Origin: Nitrososphaeria archaeon
GTDB lineage: Archaea; Thermoproteota; Nitrososphaeria; Geothermarchaeales; JDFR-13
Direction: 5' to 3'
Assembly: GCA_027078545.1 (NCBI GenBank)
Contig: JALWXN010000004.1
Span: forward strand, 928,001-992,000
Length of the DNA: 64,000 bases
Shown here: in pieces, positions 37,750 to 48,070 of the stretch
Layout: each line of letters opens with the position of its first letter
How positions within the stretch are numbered: the first letter of the stretch is position 1
Translations under genes and position numbers: made by a program
Notes under the pieces: model-generated
What the model was told of the DNA's origin: nothing
Databases searched by the model: none
Seen by the model: only the letters and a program-made list of their open reading frames with translations

Positions 37750-39162
37750 TTACCAGCTCTCCACGTATGTCTTGGCCTCTGCAACGACCTTAGCGGCGTC
37801 GCTCAACGCCTCTAGATGCGTCTCAATATCCTCCATCGTATGCTGTACACTCATCGTCCACATCTCCTCAGGCCCCGTGGCCATGGGTATAACACCCCTG
37901 TTGAGCATGGCGTAGTAGTAGGGGTACCACAGCTCGAATGGGAGGTTCAGGAGGTCTCTAAAGCTGTGTACAGGCTCTGGGGAGAATAGGAATGCCCCTG
38001 AGACTCCAAAGGTTTCGACCACGACATCGACGCCATTCTCATCGAAGATCTTCTCATACCCCCTGCTGAGCTCCTCGTTAAGCCTTATCATCTCACGGTA
38101 TGCATCGTCGGTAAGGATCTCCGTCAACGTGGTGTATAGCGACCTGAGGCTGAATGGATTGGCGTTATAGGTACCTGCGTGTAGGACGCCCTGCTCCCTA
38201 ATACTCTCGCTCGGCCCTATAAGAGACATTATCTCGTCGATCCCCCCGATCATGCTTATCACCGCCCCTCCACCTATCGCCTTTGCCGCGGTTATTATGT
38301 CCGGCTCTACACCGAAGATCTGGGCAGCCGTAGTCCTCCCAGCCCTGAAGGCCGTCTTCACCTCGTCGAAGATGAGTACGACGTCATACTCGTCGGCTAT
38401 CCTCCTAAGCCTCTGTAGATAGTCGTTCTCAGGCTTGATAATACCGGCGTTCATCATCACAGGCTCAACAATGATAGCCGCTACGTCGTCCCCCTCCTCC
38501 TCCAGGATGTCTATGAGGGGCTCAGTATCGTTGAAGGGAACCACCCTGACCAGCTCCTCCATCTTATCGGGTACGCCGAGGGTCTCCAGGACGCTGACAG
38601 GCATCTTCCTAGGCCCTGCTAGCCCCCTGAATGGCCATATGCTGAATAGGACATTGTCATAGGTGCCGTGGTAGCTCCCCTCAACCTTTATGATGATGTC
38701 CCTACCCGTGAACGCCCTCGCCAGCCTGATAGCGAACATCACGGCCTCGCTACCACTGTTGCTGAAGCGGAACATGTCGACATCCAGGAGGTCTGTGATC
38801 AGATCGGTGATCTCGTCTAGGAGGTAGTAAGGGAATGTGTAGAGGATCCCCTCCTCTATCTGCCTATGGAGAGCCTCGTTAAGCTTCGGGTGGCTATGCC
38901 CGACTAGGAGGGTTCCATACCCCATGTTGAAGTCGAGGTACTCATTTCCATCTACGTCCCATATCCTACTACCCCTGGCCCTGGTGAAGTATATCGGGTA
39001 CGGCGGGTAGTACCTCTGGTTACTGTTCACACCGTAGGGGATGTACTCCGAGACCTTCTCGAAGACCTCCCTGCTCCTCCTCGTCCTGTCTAGGTAACGC
39101 CTAACCTCCTTCAGGGTCGAGGGTCCATAGTCCTCAAAATCGGCTAGATAAGCCTCATACAT
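37750..39162 (-). CDS. Class III PLP aminotransferase, GSA-aminomutase-like
   Basis: WDVDGNEYLDF, NSGSEA, YHG, FDEVKT, AKAIGGG, AGTYNANP. Confidence 0.88.
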   Translation of the reverse strand: MYEAYLADFEDYGPSTLKEVRRYLDRTRRSREVFEKVSEYIPYGVNSNQRYYPPYPIYFTRARGSRIWDVDGNEYLDFNMGYGTLLVGHSHPKLNEALHRQIEEGILYTFPYYLLDEITDLITDLLDVDMFRFSNSGSEAVMFAIRLARAFTGRDIIIKVEGSYHGTYDNVLFSIWPFRGLAGPRKMPVSVLETLGVPDKMEELVRVVPFNDTEPLIDILEEEGDDVAAIIVEPVMMNAGIIKPENDYLQRLRRIADEYDVVLIFDEVKTAFRAGRTTAAQIFGVEPDIITAAKAIGGGAVISMIGGIDEIMSLIGPSESIREQGVLHAGTYNANPFSLRSLYTTLTEILTDDAYREMIRLNEELSRGYEKIFDENGVDVVVETFGVSGAFLFSPEPVHSFRDLLNLPFELWYPYYYAMLNRGVIPMATGPEEMWTMSVQHTMEDIETHLEALSDAAKVVAEAKTYVESW

Positions 39163-39164
39163 AA

Positions 39165-39282
39165 GGAATATACACCCCAGTCCATAGAAGGAGTGTAAAG
39201 CCGCCTCTCAATGGAGTGTCATCCGGCTCCACACTCAAACCTCCGTATGTATTAGGTTTCTACTGGCCGAGGTATATAAAAT
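39165..39282 (-). promoter_or_regulatory. TATA box plus long hairpin leader upstream of the aminotransferase
   Basis: TTTATATA; 13-bp stem GAGTGTGGAGCCG/CGGCTTTACACTC containing two G-U pairs on the minus strand. Confidence 0.5.
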
Positions 39283-39298
39283 ATAGTGTATATCCAGG

Positions 39299-39574
39299 CT
39301 ACCCACCTGCAGGCGGGTGTAGAGCCACTACATCGCCCTCAGACAGCACCGTCTCCACCCCGGATAGGAGGTCTATATCACGACCATTAACAGTTATCCT
39401 GTGGTAGGGGGCTGGAGACCCATCCCTGATCACTAGGCCATCCAGTCCGGGATAGATCTCCAGGAGCCTGTTGAGGAGATCCGCCACTGTGGACCCCTCA
39501 GGGAGGTCCACCAATGTCTCCATCACCCCAGTGGCTAGGTAGGAGTATCCGTAGAGCCTGACTACTATCCTCAT
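39299..39574 (-). CDS. moaD: MoaD/ThiS/SAMP ubiquitin-like sulfur carrier
   Basis: Beta-grasp pattern with C-terminal PPAGG. Confidence 0.9.
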   Translation of the reverse strand: MRIVVRLYGYSYLATGVMETLVDLPEGSTVADLLNRLLEIYPGLDGLVIRDGSPAPYHRITVNGRDIDLLSGVETVLSEGDVVALHPPAGG

Positions 39575-39591
39575 AAATAGGTGGGGAGGGG

Positions 39592-41442
39592 TTATGCCGG
39601 GTACTCCAGCTTCCTAGCCTCCTTGGTGAGGCGTAGGCTCCTTAGCTTACCCTTCCTAGGCACCCCGTTCTTATCCCATCCCCTGAGCCTATAGTAGTCA
39701 TCCAGCATCTTCTCGAACTTCTCCCGGCCAAGTATCTTCCCAGCTGGTGGGCCGCTCTTGAGTGGCTCGTTCAGTATCCTGTAGGGTACGTAGTCATCCC
39801 TCCTCGTGAAGCCCTCCCTAACGTTGAAGAGCCTTATCAGGTTCCATATCCTCTCTCCCCTCCAGCGGAGATCCTCGACACTCATGTCCCAGCCAGTGGC
39901 CAGCTTCAGATACTTAGCCATCTCCTCATAGTTGATCGCTATGAAGTCGCACCAGACCATGCTCCACTTGATCGTGTTGAGGTCCTGGAGCCTGATAACC
40001 ACCTCAGCCTTACCCTCAGGTGTGAATGGGTCTAGCTCCCCGAATGCCTCCTCAGCTATGCTCCAGGCCCTCAGGTGGCAGGCACCCCTATCAGCGGTTG
40101 CGTATGCCAGGGCCATGGAGACGCTTCCACGTGGGTCATATGCCGGATACTCCAGGCCCTTAGTCTCGATGGCGAATTTATAGGCGTCTCCACCCACATA
40201 TGCGGCTATGCCCTTCACACCCTCAGCCATGATGTCTCCGAAGCCTATCCTATGGGCCATCATCTTGATCAGCTCATACTCAGCCTCGGGATCACCGAAC
40301 CTAGCCTCTACACCGTTGAGATCCTTCTTGGTTAGGTAGCCCTTCTCATAGAGCTCCATAACATAGCCCACTATGTTACCTGCGGAGATACTGTCCATAC
40401 CCATGTCGTCTAGGAGGGCGTTGAGGGATACGATGGCCTTGAAGTCGCCTATACCCGCCGCGCCGCCGACCATAGCGATAGTCTCATACTCAGGCCCATC
40501 GATGTGGAACTCGCCCCACCTTGGATCCTTAACCTTAACCAGATTCCTACATGCTATTGAGCATCTGTAGCATGCCGCCTTACTAGTCCTGAACCTCTTG
40601 AGGACATCAGCAGATATTTCCTCCCACTCCTCGAAGACGCCGTCCTGGAAGTTCCTAGTCGGGAATACCCCTACATTGTTGCTCCACTCTACGATAGTTG
40701 GCGTACCACCGTTCTTGGCCCATGCATAGTCCTCGCTGAATATCTTCTCCTTGATATACCACCTGTTATACTCGTTGAAGCCGTCTGGATCCGCCAGCTC
40801 AAACCTCGGGTTCTTGGGGTCAGCCGAGACGACGACCGCCTTCAGGTTCTTACTACCCATTACGGCGCCTACTCCGCCCCTAGCATGTATGTGATGCTTA
40901 TCCACAACCACTCCCGCTATCTTAACTAGGTTCTCCCCAGCCGGGCCTATCGCCGCTACCTTGGCATCCTTGTCACCTACCTCCTCTCTTAGAGCCTCCT
41001 CCGTGGCGAAGACTCCCCAGCCCCAGTATTTAGAGGCGTCTCGGAAGTGGAACTTCCCGTCGTGGTCTATATAGACATATGTGGGCTTCTCAGCCCTACC
41101 CATGAATACTATGGCGTCGAAGCCGGCTATCTTCATATAGCTGGTGAAGAAGCCTCCGCCGTTGCTATCGTTGAATGTCCCCGTGGCTGGAGACTTGGTG
41201 GCGATCACACCCCTCGCAGAGGCGGGGGCACCAGTCCCTGTTAGGGGGCCGACGGCGAATATAAGGATGTTTGCTGGGGAGAGTGGGTCTATCCTTGGTG
41301 GCAACATGTCGTAGAGCAGCTTAGCGGCCAGCCCCTTACCCCCTATATACTCCTTGAGGAGGCTCTCCCTAGGCTTCCTGATCTTCACCTTCCTCCGTGT
41401 AAGGTCTACATAGGCGATCCTATTGCCATAGCCATATGCCAT
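39592..41442 (-). CDS. aor: Tungsten-dependent aldehyde:ferredoxin oxidoreductase family enzyme
   Basis: ARGGVGAVMGSKNLKA, CYRCSIAC, PEYET, DDMGMD, RGACH. Confidence 0.93.
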   Translation of the reverse strand: MAYGYGNRIAYVDLTRRKVKIRKPRESLLKEYIGGKGLAAKLLYDMLPPRIDPLSPANILIFAVGPLTGTGAPASARGVIATKSPATGTFNDSNGGGFFTSYMKIAGFDAIVFMGRAEKPTYVYIDHDGKFHFRDASKYWGWGVFATEEALREEVGDKDAKVAAIGPAGENLVKIAGVVVDKHHIHARGGVGAVMGSKNLKAVVVSADPKNPRFELADPDGFNEYNRWYIKEKIFSEDYAWAKNGGTPTIVEWSNNVGVFPTRNFQDGVFEEWEEISADVLKRFRTSKAACYRCSIACRNLVKVKDPRWGEFHIDGPEYETIAMVGGAAGIGDFKAIVSLNALLDDMGMDSISAGNIVGYVMELYEKGYLTKKDLNGVEARFGDPEAEYELIKMMAHRIGFGDIMAEGVKGIAAYVGGDAYKFAIETKGLEYPAYDPRGSVSMALAYATADRGACHLRAWSIAEEAFGELDPFTPEGKAEVVIRLQDLNTIKWSMVWCDFIAINYEEMAKYLKLATGWDMSVEDLRWRGERIWNLIRLFNVREGFTRRDDYVPYRILNEPLKSGPPAGKILGREKFEKMLDDYYRLRGWDKNGVPRKGKLRSLRLTKEARKLEYPA

Positions 41443-41525
41443 GGTCCCACCAGGAATATAACCTATTCTCAATAGAGTAGGGAGAGACGTATTTTAGCCC
41501 CTATATATAGGGTGTCCAGAAGGGG

Positions 41526-42038
41526 TCAATGCTTATGCCCACGGTAGACCTTTATAAGGTGGTCGGCCTCAGGGAGTATCAGCCTCTCTATACATAGCTC
41601 CACAGCCTTTGGAGACCCTGGTATCGCGTATACAAGGACACCCTTAACGAAGCCTGCCGTGGCCCTAGACGCCATTGCCCTCACACCGATCTCTTTCTCG
41701 CTATAGAGGATGTACAGCGTGTTGAACCCCGTTATCTCCTTCTCAAACATCCTCCTCAGCGTCTCATAGGTATAGTCGTCCTTCGCCACCCCGGTACCAC
41801 CTATGAAGACCAGGATGTTGTATGACTCCCTCCTAGCCATATCCACGGTACGCCTGATCATGTCGGGGTCGTCCCTGATCAGTACTCGCTTAACCTCCCT
41901 ATACCCCGCCTTCCTGAAGAGCTTCTCCGCCAGGTCGCCTGAGACATCCTCTATCTTCCCACCCTCCATCAACTTGTCATACCTGCTGGTGCTCACCGTA
42001 GCGATGAGCACCCTATACATCGGGCCACCCACCTCCAT
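41526..42038 (-). CDS. moaB: Molybdopterin adenylyltransferase MoaB/MogA
   Basis: TVSTSR, DVSG, GGTG...DDYT, SRATAG, PGSP. Confidence 0.9.
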   Translation of the reverse strand: MEVGGPMYRVLIATVSTSRYDKLMEGGKIEDVSGDLAEKLFRKAGYREVKRVLIRDDPDMIRRTVDMARRESYNILVFIGGTGVAKDDYTYETLRRMFEKEITGFNTLYILYSEKEIGVRAMASRATAGFVKGVLVYAIPGSPKAVELCIERLILPEADHLIKVYRGHKH

Positions 42039-42048
42039 AGGTGGCCAC

Positions 42049-42489
42049 CTACCTAGGCACCTTCTTCTTATAGACCACCTCTATACCCTCTATCCTCGTG
42101 TCGGGATAGTTACCAGTCTCATCCTTCTCATACTGCTTAACCATGTCCCATATACAGAGTAGCGCCGCGGCTACGCCTGTGAGGGCCTCCATCTCCACAC
42201 CCGTCTGCTCAATGCTCTTGACCCTGACCCATACATCTACATATGTATCCCCAATCTCGTGGCCCACCTCGACACCAGTGATCTTGATGGGGTGGCAGTA
42301 GGGGAGTATATCTGGGGTCTTCTTAACAGCGTTTATAGCTGCCACCTTAGACGACTCGATGACATCCCCCTTCTCAACACTACCCGTCCTGATCCTCTCT
42401 ATAGTCTCCCTCCTGAGGAGTATCCTACCCCTCGCCTCCGCCTCCCTATATACAAAGTCCTTCTTAGTTATGTCCACCATCCCGGGCAT
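42049..42489 (-). CDS. moaC: Cyclic pyranopterin monophosphate synthase
   Basis: MVDITKK, KGDV, LPYCHP, TGVEMEAL, WDMVK. Confidence 0.95.
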   Translation of the reverse strand: MPGMVDITKKDFVYREAEARGRILLRRETIERIRTGSVEKGDVIESSKVAAINAVKKTPDILPYCHPIKITGVEVGHEIGDTYVDVWVRVKSIEQTGVEMEALTGVAAALLCIWDMVKQYEKDETGNYPDTRIEGIEVVYKKKVPR

Positions 42490-42598
42490 CGGGGGCACCA
42501 CCCAAATATAGTGTATAGACACGCTATTAACGGTTCCAGGCATGGGATGAGGGATATATTACCAGTGGGGCCAGACCTACTTATAATGTGGATCCGGG

Positions 42599-44215
42599 AT
42601 GGCGAAATACATCTTCGTGACCGGGGGCGTCCTCTCAAGCGTGGGTAAGGGGATAACAACCGCCTCCATAGCCAAGCTTATACAGGCGAGGGGCTACAGC
42701 GTAACCGCCGTGAAGATAGATCCCTACATCAACGTCGACGCTGGTACAATGAATCCATACATGCATGGAGAGGTCTTCGTAACCGACGACGGGGGAGAGA
42801 CAGACCTCGACATAGGCCACTACGAGAGGTTCCTAGGGAAGGACCTGGGCAAGCATAACAACATCACGACTGGGAAGGTCTATCTAAACGTGATCGAGAG
42901 GGAGAGGAGGGGTGACTACCTAGGCAAGTGTGTACAGATCATACCCCACATAACCGACGAGATAAAGAGGCTGATCAGGGAGGCGATCAAGAAGGACGGC
43001 GCCGATATAGGGATAGTCGAGATAGGCGGCACTGTGGGGGATATAGAGGGCCTTCCATTCCTAGAGGCGATTAGGCAGATGAGGTTTGAGTATGGCTCCG
43101 AGAACACCTTCTTCATCCATGTGGGGCTAGTACCCATACTCGACACGACGGGTGAGCAGAAGACTAAGCCGCTCCAGCACAGTATACAGGAGCTGAGACG
43201 TATAGGTATACAGCCCGACATGGTGATAGCCAGGTCTAGGAAGAAGCTCCTGAAGGAGACGGTGGCTAAGATAGCCCTATATGGAAACGTCCCAGAGGAG
43301 ATGGTGATATCCTCCCACGACGTCGAGACGGTCTATGAAGTACCACTCCTCCTGGAGAGGCAGGGAGTCTCAAGCAAGATACTTGGGAGGCTAGGCCTAG
43401 AGGATGGGGAGCCAGACCTGAGCGACCTAGAGGCATATGTAAACCGTTGGAAGAGGCTCTCAAAGACGGTCAACATAGGGATGATAGGCAAGTATACGAA
43501 GCTCAGGGACAGCTACATAAGCATAGTCGAGGCGATAAAACACGCCGCTACACAGGTGGGAGCCAAGCCAGAGCTACACTGGCTAGAATCCACAGATATA
43601 GAGAGGGACAGGGTAGACCTAGAAGGCTTCCTAGAGGAGATAGAGGGGGCAGTCATACTACCAGGGTTCGGGAGGAGGGGGGCCGAGGGAAAGATAATGG
43701 CCCTGAACGCCCTCAGGGAGAGTGGGAAGCCCACCCTAGGCATATGCTTCGGCTTCCAGCTAATGGTGGTGGAGTACGCCAGGAACGTGGCAGGGCTGAA
43801 GGGGGCCAACAGCACGGAGATAGACCCCTCGACCCCACACCCCGTCATAGACCTGATGGAGGAGCAGAGGAGGATGGATAGGCTGGGCGGGACGATGAGG
43901 CTCGGCGGATACGACATAGACCTGGTGGAGAACACCCTGGTATACAGCCTATACGGGAGGAAGAGGGTGAGGGAGAGGCATAGACATAGATATGAGGTGA
44001 ACCCGAGGTACTGGGACAAGATATTCGTCGACGGGCTAATAGCGGCTGGGTACAGCTTCGACGGGAGGGTAGAGTTCATAGAGCTGGAGGAGGAGCAGCA
44101 CCCCTTCTACATAGGTACACAGGCACATCCAGAGTTCAGGTCTAGGTATAACAACCCCGCCCCACTATTCACGGGACTCTTGAGGGCCTCGTTGAAAAAG
44201 ACGATAAAGGTATAG
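42599..44215 (+). CDS. pyrG: CTP synthase
   Basis: [36 protein letters not shown]. Confidence 0.98.
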   Translation: MAKYIFVTGGVLSSVGKGITTASIAKLIQARGYSVTAVKIDPYINVDAGTMNPYMHGEVFVTDDGGETDLDIGHYERFLGKDLGKHNNITTGKVYLNVIERERRGDYLGKCVQIIPHITDEIKRLIREAIKKDGADIGIVEIGGTVGDIEGLPFLEAIRQMRFEYGSENTFFIHVGLVPILDTTGEQKTKPLQHSIQELRRIGIQPDMVIARSRKKLLKETVAKIALYGNVPEEMVISSHDVETVYEVPLLLERQGVSSKILGRLGLEDGEPDLSDLEAYVNRWKRLSKTVNIGMIGKYTKLRDSYISIVEAIKHAATQVGAKPELHWLESTDIERDRVDLEGFLEEIEGAVILPGFGRRGAEGKIMALNALRESGKPTLGICFGFQLMVVEYARNVAGLKGANSTEIDPSTPHPVIDLMEEQRRMDRLGGTMRLGGYDIDLVENTLVYSLYGRKRVRERHRHRYEVNPRYWDKIFVDGLIAAGYSFDGRVEFIELEEEQHPFYIGTQAHPEFRSRYNNPAPLFTGLLRASLKKTIKV

Positions 44216-44283
44216 TCCATACTTTCACCGGGGTTTTAAAACCCGTCCACAGAATCAATATATATGGTTTAAAAGGTGGTACA

Positions 44284-44949
44284 ATGCGGTTTGACGTGGA
44301 GAAGGCGAAGAATGTCCAGACCCTCCTAGCCCCAAGGATAGTCGAGCGAGACATGTTTGTCTACCCCCCTAGAAACGTGGCTGGGGTCGACGTCGCATAC
44401 CTAGAGGACTACGCGATAGGGGCGGCGGTCCTCATGGACTACGAGGGGCTATACGTCATCGAGACGGCGGTGGCTGCTGTAAAGGTGGACATCCCATACG
44501 TCCCGACACTCCTCGCCTTCAGGGAGATACCCGCCATGGCGAAGGCTGTTAAGAGGCTTAGGTCTAGGCCCGACGTCCTACTCGTAGATGCACATGGGAA
44601 GATCCATCCCAGGAGGCTAGGGGCAGCCTCACACCTAGGGCTTATCCTAGGGATACCCACCATAGGCGTCGCCAAGAAGCATCTATACGGGAGGGACCTC
44701 GGGGGCAACATCGTAAACGGGAACGAGATCCTGGGTAGGAAGCTGGATAGAGGTATCTACGTAAGCGTTGGCCACATGGTCTCGCTGGACACCGCCGTAA
44801 AGATCGTGGAGAAGCTCAGGCTATACAGCCTACCCGAGCCTGTCAGGAGGGCCCATAAACTAGCCGACAAGGTAAAGAACATGGTTAAGCTGGGGGAGCT
44901 AGACCTGGAGAAGATTGTTGACGAGGGGCTCAACGGGGTCTTCTCCTAG
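44284..44949 (+). CDS. nfi: Endonuclease V
   Basis: AGVDVAY, YVPTLLAFRE, LVDAHG..HPR, GVAK, PEP.R.AH. Confidence 0.95.
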   Translation: MRFDVEKAKNVQTLLAPRIVERDMFVYPPRNVAGVDVAYLEDYAIGAAVLMDYEGLYVIETAVAAVKVDIPYVPTLLAFREIPAMAKAVKRLRSRPDVLLVDAHGKIHPRRLGAASHLGLILGIPTIGVAKKHLYGRDLGGNIVNGNEILGRKLDRGIYVSVGHMVSLDTAVKIVEKLRLYSLPEPVRRAHKLADKVKNMVKLGELDLEKIVDEGLNGVFS

Positions 44950-45454
44950 TAAATGGCAATGCAAGGCTCTCCACACCCCTATACCTACCCCTATAGGGCC
45001 TATCGCTAGGGGTGGCCGTCCTAAAGAGTACTAGGTGGAGAATCCTCTCACCCCTCCTAAGAACGACATCCAGATTAGTGGGGTATAGAGCCACCGTCAA
45101 CCTACCCTCATAACCAGCGTCCACCACCGTGGGGGCTATGAAGACGCCGAGCCGTGCATAGCTACTCCTGATCTCTATAAGGCCCACAACATCCTCGGGA
45201 AGCGAGACATACTCCATCGTCGAGATCAGTGTCAATACCCCACGCCTCAGGATGAGCTCCTCGGAGAAGCCCCTCTCGAAAAAATCCTCGGGATCGGACT
45301 CCCCAGGCCTGAAAAGCCCCTCCCGAGCAAGTGCATACTCGCCGGAGAACCTCAGGTCCAGGCCGTTCTCCCTAACCGTATCCCCACCCAGCGGCTCGAC
45401 CCTTAGCCTACCCTCCCTGATAAGCCTCTCAATATCTGTGGAGCTCAGTATCAA
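44930..45454 (-). CDS. dcd: dCTP deaminase (trimeric dUTPase family)
   Basis: RENGLDLR, RSSYARLG, VDAGYEG.LT, Y.GRY. Confidence 0.88.
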   Translation of the reverse strand: MILSSTDIERLIREGRLRVEPLGGDTVRENGLDLRFSGEYALAREGLFRPGESDPEDFFERGFSEELILRRGVLTLISTMEYVSLPEDVVGLIEIRSSYARLGVFIAPTVVDAGYEGRLTVALYPTNLDVVLRRGERILHLVLFRTATPSDRPYRGRYRGVESLALPFTRRRPR

Positions 45455-46845
45455 GGCTTTCCACCGGGGATCTTCCTAGGCTCGAGATACTCCTTGTCAT
45501 AACCCATCGCGTCGAGATACTTCCTGAGGACAGGCGGTATCCTCACCCTCCCATCCTCCTCCTGGAAGTTCTCAATAATAGCTGTTATAGTCCTCTGCAT
45601 AGCCATAGCCGTACCGTTCAGGGTATGTACATACCCCTTTATCTCCTTACCCCTCTCCTCGGCATACCTGATGTTCAGCCTGTAGGACTGCCAGTCCGTA
45701 CAGTTACTGGCCGAGCATAGCTCCCTATACCTGAGCTGGGCAGGCATCCAGGCCTCCAGGTCATACTGCTTAATAGCCAGCCTATTCATATCGCCACTAG
45801 CCAGCACCACGACCTGGTAGGGTATCCCCAGCCCCCTATAGAGCTCCTCCTCATTCCTGATCAGCTCCTCATGGAGCTCCTCACTCTGACCAGGCTCGCA
45901 GAAAATGAACTGCTCCACCTTGTTGAACTGGTGGACCCTGAAGATACCCTTCGTATCCTTCCCATGGGCTCCAGCCTCCCTCCTGAAGCACGGGCTCCAC
46001 CCAGCCAGCTTTATAGGGAGCTCCCTAGTCTCGAGAACCTCGTCCATGTAGAGCCCGGCTATTGACTGTTCACTAGTCGCTATGAGGTATAGATCCTCGT
46101 CACAGACCTTGTAGAGCATCTCCTCGAAGGCCTCGAAGAAGGCGGCCCCCTCCATAACCCTCCTCCTAACCATGTAGGGAGGCTCGACCGGGATGTAGCC
46201 CCTCTTGACGAGGAACTCCATCGTATACATGGTGAGGGCCAACTCAAGGAGGACTAGGTCGTTGAAGACGTAGTAGAAGCGGGAGCCACTAGCCCTACCA
46301 GCCCTGATAATATCTACATAGCCCATCCCCTCCCCCCAGTCAGCATGGCCTATAGGCCTGAAATCTATCACCTCGGGCTCGAGATCAGGGTATAGCTCCC
46401 TGAACCTCTCGAGCTCCTCTCTATACACCCTAGGCCTACCCCATCGCCTAACAACCCTGTTCCCAGCCTCATCCTCGGCTACTGGCACGTCGGGCGCGAC
46501 TAGGTTGGGTATCCTGTTGAGAACAGACCTATACTCACCATCGATCCTTGCTATCCTCTCCTCCAGGCTACGTATCTCCTCATCGATCTTCCTAGACTCC
46601 TCGATGAGAGTCTTCCTCACATCCTGGCCAGCCTTGGGTATCCTCTTGGTGATGCTGTTCTTATAGGCCCTAAGCTCCTCCAATGACCTTTGGAGGGCCT
46701 TCCTAGTCCTAAGGAGCCTCTCTGCCCTATAGGCGAGGCCCTTATCCATATACCTCTTCTCAAGGCTCTCTATGAGTAGGCCTGGATCATTCTCAAGCAC
46801 ATACTCTATGCTATACTTCTTACCCACCTTGGACCAGTCAAGCAT
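45451..46845 (-). CDS. serS: Seryl-tRNA synthetase
   Basis: N-terminal coiled coil; ATSE, FRREAG, RVHQF.KVE, HTLNGT. Confidence 0.97.
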   Translation of the reverse strand: MLDWSKVGKKYSIEYVLENDPGLLIESLEKRYMDKGLAYRAERLLRTRKALQRSLEELRAYKNSITKRIPKAGQDVRKTLIEESRKIDEEIRSLEERIARIDGEYRSVLNRIPNLVAPDVPVAEDEAGNRVVRRWGRPRVYREELERFRELYPDLEPEVIDFRPIGHADWGEGMGYVDIIRAGRASGSRFYYVFNDLVLLELALTMYTMEFLVKRGYIPVEPPYMVRRRVMEGAAFFEAFEEMLYKVCDEDLYLIATSEQSIAGLYMDEVLETRELPIKLAGWSPCFRREAGAHGKDTKGIFRVHQFNKVEQFIFCEPGQSEELHEELIRNEEELYRGLGIPYQVVVLASGDMNRLAIKQYDLEAWMPAQLRYRELCSASNCTDWQSYRLNIRYAEERGKEIKGYVHTLNGTAMAMQRTITAIIENFQEEDGRVRIPPVLRKYLDAMGYDKEYLEPRKIPGGKP

Positions 46846-46948
46846 GGCTCAACACCGGGGCCGGAATAATCAATATATCCCACTAGCCATGTATTAATGG
46901 CCAGTCCACGGGTAGCGGGTATATAATCCACACATCCTAATAAGGGTT

Positions 46949-48070
46949 GTGATGAGCCAAGAGCCTCCACACTACAGGGTCTCACGAATTGCTAGGGAGC
47001 TCGAGGCCCAGGGCAGGGACGTTATCCACATGGAGATAGGTGATCCCGAGCTGGACACTGATCCAAGGATCATAGACGCGATGTGCAGGGCTGCTAGGGA
47101 GGGGCATACCCACTACGCGCCGGCAAGGGGTGTGAAGCCCCTACTCGAGAGGCTAGTGGACTATATGGAGAGCTTCATTAAGCCTGGGTTCGACCTATCG
47201 ACCGAGAACATCGTGGTCACCCCGGGGAGCAAGGTTGCTATATACACCGCCCTACGCCTACTGAGGCCTAGGAGGATCTATGTGGTCGAGCCTATGTGGG
47301 GGCTATACCACAGCTTCGCCTCCGAGATAGGGATAGAGGTCGTACCCATACCAACTAGGATGGAGGACGGCTGGGAGCCCAGGGGAGCCATTGAGGGCAT
47401 AGGCAAGGGCGACGCCATAGCCGTTGTAAACCCGAACAACCCTACAGGGACAATACTCAGTGAAGAGGCGGTCGAGATGATTGTAGAGGCGGTTAGCCGG
47501 GCAGACGCATATATCCTAGCGGACGAGGTCTACTTCGACCTAATCTACAGGGGATCCATGACCAGCTTCCTATCCATGGGCTACGAGAAGGTACTGGCAT
47601 TCTACACATTCTCGAAGAACTTCGTGATGTCGGGCTTCAGGGTGGGCTGGGTAGTCAGCCCAAGCAGGGAGCTGGCGAACAACTTCCTAAACAGGCTCCG
47701 CCTAATCGTGGGGGGCCCACCACCATTCTCCCAGTATGGAGCTGCGGAGGCCCTCACACTCAGAGAGGTCCTAGAGAGGAATAGGAGGTTCTACATCGAG
47801 ACGCTGGGATACTCGGTCGATAGGCTTAGAGAGATGGGCTTCAAGTTCGTGGAGCCGAGTGCTGGGATGTACATCTTCGCCAAGCCGCCAGTGGAGGATA
47901 TGGATGGGGTAGAGTTCACCTATAGGCTCCTCGAGGAGGAGGCGGTCGCCCTAGCACCGGGAACCGGCTTCGGCAACTATCCCGAGTACGTCAGGCTAAC
48001 CACAGCCCTTAAAAAGGAGAGGTTGGAGGAGGCCTTCAACAGGATGGAGCGTTTCCTCGAGAGGCTCTAG
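46949..48070 (+). CDS. Class I/II PLP aminotransferase (aspartate aminotransferase-like)
   Basis: NPNNPTG, DEVY, FSKNFVMSGFRVG. Confidence 0.92.
   Translation: MMSQEPPHYRVSRIARELEAQGRDVIHMEIGDPELDTDPRIIDAMCRAAREGHTHYAPARGVKPLLERLVDYMESFIKPGFDLSTENIVVTPGSKVAIYTALRLLRPRRIYVVEPMWGLYHSFASEIGIEVVPIPTRMEDGWEPRGAIEGIGKGDAIAVVNPNNPTGTILSEEAVEMIVEAVSRADAYILADEVYFDLIYRGSMTSFLSMGYEKVLAFYTFSKNFVMSGFRVGWVVSPSRELANNFLNRLRLIVGGPPPFSQYGAAEALTLREVLERNRRFYIETLGYSVDRLREMGFKFVEPSAGMYIFAKPPVEDMDGVEFTYRLLEEEAVALAPGTGFGNYPEYVRLTTALKKERLEEAFNRMERFLERL

Noticed and set aside
37750-39162. Assigning the symbol hemL
   Set aside because: The family is clear but there is no tetrapyrrole context, so substrate specificity cannot be supported.
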